A stretch of DNA of 64,000 nucleotides. It comes from an uncultured Actinomycetes bacterium. Lineage in GTDB: Bacteria > Actinomycetota > Thermoleophilia > UBA2241. Numbering within the stretch: the first letter of the stretch is position 1; every line of letters begins with the position of its first letter. Positions 58,016 through 64,000 of this stretch are shown here, piece by piece. The position numbers and the translations under genes are program-made. The notes beneath the pieces were generated by a model. The model was not told the origin of the DNA. It worked only from the letters and a program-made list of their open reading frames with translations, and did no database searches. The stretch lies in contig CAVPVX010000002.1 of assembly GCA_963709345.1 (NCBI GenBank), positions 288,001 to 352,000 on the forward strand, in the 5' to 3' direction.

Positions 58016-59557
58016 TCAGTCGCCGGGACGCCCCCCGATACTCGGGCCGTCGACGGTACCGGAGCCTCCGCCGCTCGTACCCGCGCCCGTCCCGGCGCCT
58101 CCGGGTCCCGAGCCGCCACCGGTGCCCATGCCGGACCCGCTGCCGGTGCCGGCGCCCGAACTCGAGCCGCCTTCGGACTTCGGCCCTGTGCCGGCGGAGC
58201 CGCCGGCGGCACCCGCATGTGGCGCGGCGGTCCGACCGGCCGAGCCTCCCGTTCCGGCGCCGGACTTCGCGCCGCCCTCACCCGCGCGGGAGGACCCGCC
58301 GCTGCCGCCGCTCCCCGCGCGGCCCACAGCGGAGCCGGGACGCGACCGCTCACCGTCACCCGCCCTCTCGTCCGGGCGCGAGGCCTGACGCCGCCGCTCC
58401 CGCGAGAGAGCGCCCGACGCGTCGCCCTGGGCCGCCGCTCCGCCCGCGCCCGCTTGGACGGATCCGGATGCCGCAGGCCGCGCGGAGCCGCCGGGCGGAC
58501 CACCGTCCATGTGGCGAACTTCGTATCCGGCAACGCCGGCCGCGCCGACGGCCACCGTCGCCGCGGCGGCCACGGCGACCGCCTTCAGGCCGGCCGCGGC
58601 CCCGATCTTGGCCAGCAGCCCCGCGCCTGCGGCGCCGGCGGAGCCGCAGGCCGCGCCGGTCGCCGCGCCGCCGGCGACCGCTCCCGCCGACCCGCCGGCC
58701 GCACTCACGGCGCCGGCGGCGCCGAGACCGGCGGCGGGAATGGCGACTCCCGCCACCGACGCGGCGGCGAACGTCGCCGCGAGACTGAGCTTCGCCGGCA
58801 AGGCCACCTGCGAGACGAGCAGGCCGAGCCCGACGGGCGCGACACCCCAGAGGGCGACGGTGTGCCGGCAGTCGGGACAGCTGCGCGCATGCTCGAGCAG
58901 CCAGGCGCGTCGCTCGTCGCTGAGGCCTCCACCGACGCTCCCCGCGAGTGCCTCGTCGGCGACCGAGCAGGCCGCCGGAGCGGCGACGGATTCATCGCCG
59001 GCGGCCATGAAGATGCGGCGGAAGCCCTTGCGGGCGCGAGAGAGCAGGACGTCGGCCGATCCCCGCGTGACGCCGAGCACCGACGCGGTCTCGCCCACGC
59101 TGAGGCCGTGGACGTCGCGCAGCACGAGCGCGACCTGCTGGCGCTTGGGCAGAGAGCGCAGCGTCGCATCGACGCGGCCGGCGAGCTCCGCGCGCTCGTA
59201 CTCGTCGACCATCGCAGCGGGTTCGCGCTCGGCGTCCATAGCGACCACGGGGCGGCGCTTGCGCGCGCGCAGGTGGTCGAACGACGCGTTGACGGTCACG
59301 CGGTAGAGCCATGCCGCGAGGCTGGATTCGCGCGCGTTCGGGGGAGGGCTGCGGAACACCTTGATCAGCACCTCCTGTGTCACGTCCTGCGCATCCTGAG
59401 GGTCGTCCACGATCCGCAGCGCCAGGTTGTAGATCGGCGCCGCGAAGTCGCCGTGCAGGGACTCGAAAGCCTCTCTCCGGCCGGCGCGCAGCCCGGCGAG
59501 GAGCGACTCCTCGTCGGCGAACCCTTCGGGGACGCTCGCTTGTGGCTGCCAAGCCAT
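58016..59557 (-). CDS. ECF sigma factor fused to a zinc finger and a Gly/Ala-rich extension
   Basis: Region 2 (DAQDVTQEV, WLYRVTVN), region 4 (LRDVHGLS...LLSRAR), HARSCPDC, hydrophobic segment, low-complexity tail. Confidence 0.88.
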   Translation of the reverse strand: MAWQPQASVPEGFADEESLLAGLRAGRREAFESLHGDFAAPIYNLALRIVDDPQDAQDVTQEVLIKVFRSPPPNARESSLAAWLYRVTVNASFDHLRARKRRPVVAMDAEREPAAMVDEYERAELAGRVDATLRSLPKRQQVALVLRDVHGLSVGETASVLGVTRGSADVLLSRARKGFRRIFMAAGDESVAAPAACSVADEALAGSVGGGLSDERRAWLLEHARSCPDCRHTVALWGVAPVGLGLLVSQVALPAKLSLAATFAAASVAGVAIPAAGLGAAGAVSAAGGSAGAVAGGAATGAACGSAGAAGAGLLAKIGAAAGLKAVAVAAAATVAVGAAGVAGYEVRHMDGGPPGGSARPAASGSVQAGAGGAAAQGDASGALSRERRRQASRPDERAGDGERSRPGSAVGRAGSGGSGGSSRAGEGGAKSGAGTGGSAGRTAAPHAGAAGGSAGTGPKSEGGSSSGAGTGSGSGMGTGGGSGPGGAGTGAGTSGGGSGTVDGPSIGGRPGD

Positions 59558-59578
59558 GAGTGGTGACTCCACCCCCAT

Positions 59579-59606
59579 AGACGACAATAGATGCCCTGAC
59601 CTTAGC
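59579..59606 (-). promoter_or_regulatory. Putative autoregulatory ECF promoter
   Basis: Minus strand GCTAAG-N16-TCGTCT directly upstream of the sigma gene. Confidence 0.55.
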
Positions 59607-59663
59607 ATCCGACTGTGAAGCACTTGTGCGCAGGCCGCCAGTGGGCAGACCAGCCGGCGTCCC

Positions 59664-62156
59664 TCAGTCCGCGAAGGCGAAGCCCTTGTCGCGGAAGAGG
59701 CGCATGCAGGCGTCCGCGACCCGGTCGTCGTAGCGGACCCCGCGGCCGCCTTCTATCTCCGCCAGGGCCGGCTCGAGACCGACGGCCGGCCGGTACGGGC
59801 GGTGCGAGGCCATGGCCTCCACCACATCGGAGACGGCGATGATGCGCGCAAACCGCCCGATCCCTCTTCCCGCCAGACCGCCCGGGTAGCCGCTGCCGTC
59901 CAGGCGCTCGTGGTGCTGCAGCACCGCGTCGGTCACCTCCGCCGGCAGCCCGGCAGGCTCGAGCAGCTCGCGGCCGCTCTCGCAATGGCACTGGATGATC
60001 GCGTACTCGGCCTCACTGAGGCGCGCCGGCTTGCTGAGGATCTCCGCCGGCACCGCGATCTTGCCGATGTCGTGGACGGTAGCGGCCAGTCGCAGCAGCC
60101 TGAGGTCGGCTCCCTCCATCCCCATCTCGGAGCCGATCGCCGCGGCCAGCTGGGCCACTCGTCGCGCGTGACCAGCGGTGTACGGGTCGCGGGTGCTCAT
60201 CGCCCCCGAGAGGGTCTCCACCGTGCGTTCCATCGCCTGCTCGAGCCGGGCGGCGTCGAGAAGCCGCTCCTCGATCGCGACCCGTCGCTCCTCCTCGACG
60301 GCGGCGGCCCTGCCGAGCACGCACAGCAACTCGAGCTGGCTCTCCCGCAGCGCCACGTCGACGGTGAAGAGGCAGCTGAGCGACGCGACCCCCAGCCCAC
60401 TCACAACGATCGGAAAGCCGATGAAGCAGCGCAGCCCGTGGCGGCGGATGAAGGGGCTCGTGTGCGCGAACGCGGACTGGTCGAAACCGTGGATGACATG
60501 TACGTGATCGTCCGTCCGTCCCATCACGTCCGCGCAGGCGCGGCCCTCCGCCGAGGTCACACGAGGCATGTCGCCGGGGATGTTCCAGCCCACCTCCGCG
60601 ACCAGGTCGTCACCGCAGCGGCGCGTGTAGAGCACGAAGTCGGCGCCGGTGACCTCGGCGGCCGCGCGACACACCTGCGTGAGATTGTCGTTCACGTTGG
60701 GACCGAAGGTCAGAAAGGCGTCGCTGACCGTGTGCAGGTTCTGGTCGTCGGCCAACGAGATGAGGAGCCCCGCCAGCTGGTCGGCGACGAGATGCAGCAG
60801 GTAGAGATCCTCGTCGCCCCACCCCGAGCCTCCCCCAGGGGCGTCACGCTCACGCGCGTCGGCGCCGAGTATGAGGCACCCCGCGAGCGTCTTCTCCTGA
60901 GCTATGGGCACGGCCATGACGGCGCCAAGCCCGGCCCGCGCCAGGGACGCACGCTCGGCAGCCGCCTCCGGGGGAAGATCGGCGCTCGACCAGACGATGC
61001 CCGAGTCTCCTTCCTGAAGGCGCTCACGGAGCCACGAGAGATCCGCGAAGTCGATGGGAGCGTCCTCCTCGACGACGCGGCCGCTCTCGCGCCGCCACAC
61101 GCGCGCCCGGGTCGTGGTGACGCCGTCGGGCGCCAGCTCATGGAGCCCGATGCGGTCGGCGCCGATGTGCCCGCCGACCTCGGACAGCGCGTAGTCGATC
61201 ACCGCCGCCGCCGTGTCGCGATTCGCGTTGACAAAACGGGCGGATATGGAACTCACAAGGATCTCGAGGTCGAGGCGCCGGCGGAGCGCATCCTCGGCGA
61301 GCTTGCGCTTGGTGATGTCGCGGCCAACGCCGAGCACGCCGCGAAGCTCTCCGCCGTCGGCCAACAGCGACTCGAAGACCCACTGGACGACGCGCTCGCC
61401 GCCGGGGGTGGCCAGGGTCATCTCGCGCGTCGCGCTGAAGGGCGGGCTCATGAGTTCTGCGAACAGCCCCTCGGCCTCGCGCTTGAACTCCTCGGGCGCC
61501 ATCTGGTGCACGGCCGCAAGGTCCCTGCCCTCGATCTCGGCCGCCGTCATTCCCAGAAGGCGCAGCAACGACGCCGAGAGGAAGCGGATGCGCCCGTCGC
61601 CGTCCAGCCGCACCACGAACTCACTCGGACTCTCGAGGAGCATGTCGAGGATCTCCTGCCGGCTCGCGTCGTCGGTGCGTTCACTCTGGGGGGTGGCGTC
61701 GACGATGAAGACGGTCCAGGCGGCGACGGCCACCCCGGCGGCCTCACCCAAACGTTCGCCGCCCCGGTCAGGGACTCCGCCAGGCAGCCCCGGGGTGAGC
61801 ACAGGGCTCGCGACCACGCTCACCCAGACCGGGTCACCCGCGGTCGTGACCAGGTACTCGTCGAAGGCAAGCGTGCGGGGCGCCTCGCCGGTCGCCACGG
61901 CCTCGCTCCCCGCGCGCTCGCGCCACCCCGGCATGTAGTCCTCCCAGTCGGCATCGAGCACCTCATCCCCCGAGGCCCCGAGAAGATCGAGGAAGGGGCG
62001 GTTGGCGGCGAGCAGCACCGCGTCGGCAGTGAGGACGCCGAGAGGCTGGCGATACGGGAGGTAGCCGACGACCTCGACCAGTTGGCGCAACTGGGCGCGC
62101 ACCTCGTCGGGTACGCGCCCGTTCAACCAGTCAATATGCTGCAGTCGCGAAGCCAT
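59664..62156 (-). CDS. PAS/GAF-containing HD-GYP phosphodiesterase
   Basis: DPYTAGH, HDIGK, HHERLDGSGYP, RPYR, with PAS (GRDITKRK) and GAF domains. Confidence 0.92.
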   Translation of the reverse strand: MASRLQHIDWLNGRVPDEVRAQLRQLVEVVGYLPYRQPLGVLTADAVLLAANRPFLDLLGASGDEVLDADWEDYMPGWRERAGSEAVATGEAPRTLAFDEYLVTTAGDPVWVSVVASPVLTPGLPGGVPDRGGERLGEAAGVAVAAWTVFIVDATPQSERTDDASRQEILDMLLESPSEFVVRLDGDGRIRFLSASLLRLLGMTAAEIEGRDLAAVHQMAPEEFKREAEGLFAELMSPPFSATREMTLATPGGERVVQWVFESLLADGGELRGVLGVGRDITKRKLAEDALRRRLDLEILVSSISARFVNANRDTAAAVIDYALSEVGGHIGADRIGLHELAPDGVTTTRARVWRRESGRVVEEDAPIDFADLSWLRERLQEGDSGIVWSSADLPPEAAAERASLARAGLGAVMAVPIAQEKTLAGCLILGADARERDAPGGGSGWGDEDLYLLHLVADQLAGLLISLADDQNLHTVSDAFLTFGPNVNDNLTQVCRAAAEVTGADFVLYTRRCGDDLVAEVGWNIPGDMPRVTSAEGRACADVMGRTDDHVHVIHGFDQSAFAHTSPFIRRHGLRCFIGFPIVVSGLGVASLSCLFTVDVALRESQLELLCVLGRAAAVEEERRVAIEERLLDAARLEQAMERTVETLSGAMSTRDPYTAGHARRVAQLAAAIGSEMGMEGADLRLLRLAATVHDIGKIAVPAEILSKPARLSEAEYAIIQCHCESGRELLEPAGLPAEVTDAVLQHHERLDGSGYPGGLAGRGIGRFARIIAVSDVVEAMASHRPYRPAVGLEPALAEIEGGRGVRYDDRVADACMRLFRDKGFAFAD

Positions 62157-62374
62157 CGTTCCCTGTATCGGCTGAAGGATGCCCGAAGATAACTCCGCGA
62201 CGTCTATTCGCTCGCGCGCGCTGCGGGCAGGAACGGCGTGCGACGTGCGGCATGTGGGAACCATGATGACGACGCAGTGGGGCCGCGCGCCGACGGGCTG
62301 TGCCTCTCAGACCCCCCGGCACGGACCGCGACGCGCGACCCGGCTGCGCGAGACACCCTGTGGAGGGACGAGCC

Positions 62375-62509
62375 ATGGCGCACAGCGTGACTCGCAGGTC
62401 GCTTCAGGCGGGCAGCCGGCGAGCGCTCGTCATCGTGATCGCGCTCGCCGCGATCGCGCTGCTGACGCTCGCCTGGCTGCTCGTGGCGCCGGCCGTCGGC
62501 CTCGGCTGA
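62375..62509 (+). CDS. Small single-pass membrane protein (44 aa)
   Basis: RBS GGAGG, basic N-terminus, one long hydrophobic helix. Confidence 0.5.
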   Translation: MAHSVTRRSLQAGSRRALVIVIALAAIALLTLAWLLVAPAVGLG

Positions 62510-62531
62510 CAGGCCGGGGGCGGGCGGTCGT

Positions 62532-62759
62532 TCAGCCCTTGCCCGGCGGGTTGTGCTTCGGCGGGCCGCCACGCGTGCGCTCGAAGGTCCCAGGGTTGAG
62601 CTTCGTCCGAGAGATGCCGACCTTGAAGCCGCCGAAGACCCGCGTCACATCGCGCGAGCCGCAGGCGGGACACACGGCCTTGCCCTCGCGACCGGCGTGG
62701 CTGGAGACGATCTCGAAGCGTTCACCGCACTTCGCGCACGTGTACTCGTAGACGGGCAT
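62532..62759 (-). CDS. FmdB-family zinc ribbon protein
   Basis: MPVYEYTCAKCGERFE...CPACGS. Confidence 0.9.
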   Translation of the reverse strand: MPVYEYTCAKCGERFEIVSSHAGREGKAVCPACGSRDVTRVFGGFKVGISRTKLNPGTFERTRGGPPKHNPPGKG

Positions 62760-62807
62760 CAGAGCGTTATCTTACGCCATCGCCACCCCTCCCCCGCCCG
62801 GAACGCT

Positions 62808-62972
62808 TCAGTACTTGTCGGGCGCCGGGGAGCTGAACGCGGCCGTGAACTTCTGATCCACCTCGCGACTGCCGCACTTGGGGCAGACCGCCTGGGCATC
62901 GCGCTCGTCCATATGGCAGGTGGCCTCGAACTCGGCGCCGCACTCCTCGCAGACGAACTCGTAGGTTGCCAT
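62808..62972 (-). CDS. Second FmdB-family zinc ribbon protein (54 aa, not in the ORF track)
   Basis: Manual translation: MATYEFVCEECGAEFEATCHMDERDAQAVCPKCGSREVDQKFTAAFSSPAPDKY. Confidence 0.85.
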   Translation of the reverse strand: MATYEFVCEECGAEFEATCHMDERDAQAVCPKCGSREVDQKFTAAFSSPAPDKY

Positions 62973-63055
62973 TGCATCTCACCCCCTGGTGTGGACTCCC
63001 TTCACCCGATGAGTACCCCGTAGCTCGCCGCGCCTCACCGTAGGCGCGGGGTCGC

Positions 63056-63290
63056 CTACCCGAGCGTCTCCTCGCCGGGCTGCCAGTCGACCGGGCAGAG
63101 ATCGCCGGTCTGCAGGGCCTGCAGCACTGAGGGTCTCGTCGGTGTGGCGCCCGATGCTGTTGTCGTGCACGACCGCGTACTTGAGCACGCCCTCGGGGTG
63201 GCCACCGACAGGTACGGCTGCTGGTGCGTCGCCGGGACGCACCACATCGCGGCCAAGACCGCGCGGATCAGCCTCCGGCGAGGCTCGATG
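63056..63290 (-). pseudogene. 2-Cys peroxiredoxin (AhpC) C-terminal remnant
   Basis: PEGVLKYAVVHDNSIGRHTDETL in one frame and VLQALQTGDLCPVDWQPGEETLG in another. No N-terminal peroxidatic VCP motif found. Confidence 0.75.
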
Positions 63291-63544
63291 CCCGAGGGCG
63301 GCGGCGCATGGCACAGCATGTTCGGGTCACGCTTTCCGAGCACCATGTCTCGGCCGACATGGCGACGCGTAACACGTCGATCTGCGTCGTCGGCACGTAT
63401 GACAGCGGCTGACCGCGCGGGATCGACCAAGCTGTGCTGATGATCAACTACTGACCGCGCGCGGGACGACTGTAGAAGCGCGCAGAGCGTCGGAGCGGGC
63501 GGGGCGGCGGCCGGAAGAGCAGCCGCCCCGCCCGCCCGCTACCG

Positions 63545-64000
63545 TCACATCTCGGGGAACGCGCTCGCGGAAACGACCTTGGTGTATTTGCTCGCTCCGG
63601 TCCCGAGCGTGAGCGTCCAGTTGGACCAGTTGGTCGTCGTCTTCGAGTGCCTCTGCGTATAGATGTACGCCGCGTCCGACCACGATGTCGTCCAGTACTT
63701 CGTTGACGCCCTCGTCGAGAACACGAGCGGATCCACCCAGCGGCGGTATTCCGCCGGGGTGAGGAAGTCGCCGGTGTACCAGTTCCAGTCGGAGCCGGTG
63801 CAGTCCCACACCACGTACTTGCCGTCGGGGATGTTCCTGATCACGGTGCTGCCGTTCTTGCGCATGTAGACGCTGAGGACGGGCCGCTTGGGCGCCGTCG
63901 AGCGCGCGAGAACGACCATGGCGTCGCTGCCCGACTTGTTCTTGACGGTCAGCTTGGCGCGACCGCCGTTCGCCTTGCGCGCGATCACGTAGCCGTTGCG
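63545..64000 (-). CDS. Hypothetical beta-rich protein, C-terminal part (runs off the window end)
   Basis: Open frame to the window edge: LTVKNKSGSDAMVVL...IPDGKY...GSDWN. Confidence 0.65.
   Translation of the reverse strand, partial: RNGYVIARKANGGRAKLTVKNKSGSDAMVVLARSTAPKRPVLSVYMRKNGSTVIRNIPDGKYVVWDCTGSDWNWYTGDFLTPAEYRRWVDPLVFSTRASTKYWTTSWSDAAYIYTQRHSKTTTNWSNWTLTLGTGASKYTKVVSASAFPEM

Overview
Very GC-rich bacterial chromosome segment. Gene content and order suggest Actinomycetota, probably a Thermoleophilia-like and possibly anaerobic lineage (inference from PafBC, an FtsR-like operator, a dcw cluster without ftsA, and non-pyrrolysine MttB paralogs). The left part is core genome: leuS (partial), tRNA-Ala(GGC), a spermidine-synthase-like membrane protein, two STAS proteins, secDF, the mraZ-to-ftsZ dcw cluster, pyrF, otsB and pcrA. 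The right part is accessory: a DUF211/VIT pair, an Rrf2-cysK-moeB-larE-cysE sulfur operon, a fused PafBC-larA operon, signalling genes (PP2C, HD-GYP, ECF sigma fused to a zinc finger) and a peroxiredoxin remnant. The best candidate for an undescribed system is at 39.4-45.3 kb. There a D-ornithine/D-lysine-decarboxylase-like gene is divergent from an ornithine-racemase-like gene that is translationally coupled to the first of two tandem non-Pyl MttB methyltransferases, suggesting catabolism of an N-methylated lysine or ornithine. Single-base frameshifts in ftsW and both tandem mttB genes are probably sequencing errors. No CRISPR array, rRNA or mobile element was seen. All family assignments come from motif recognition; no searches were run.
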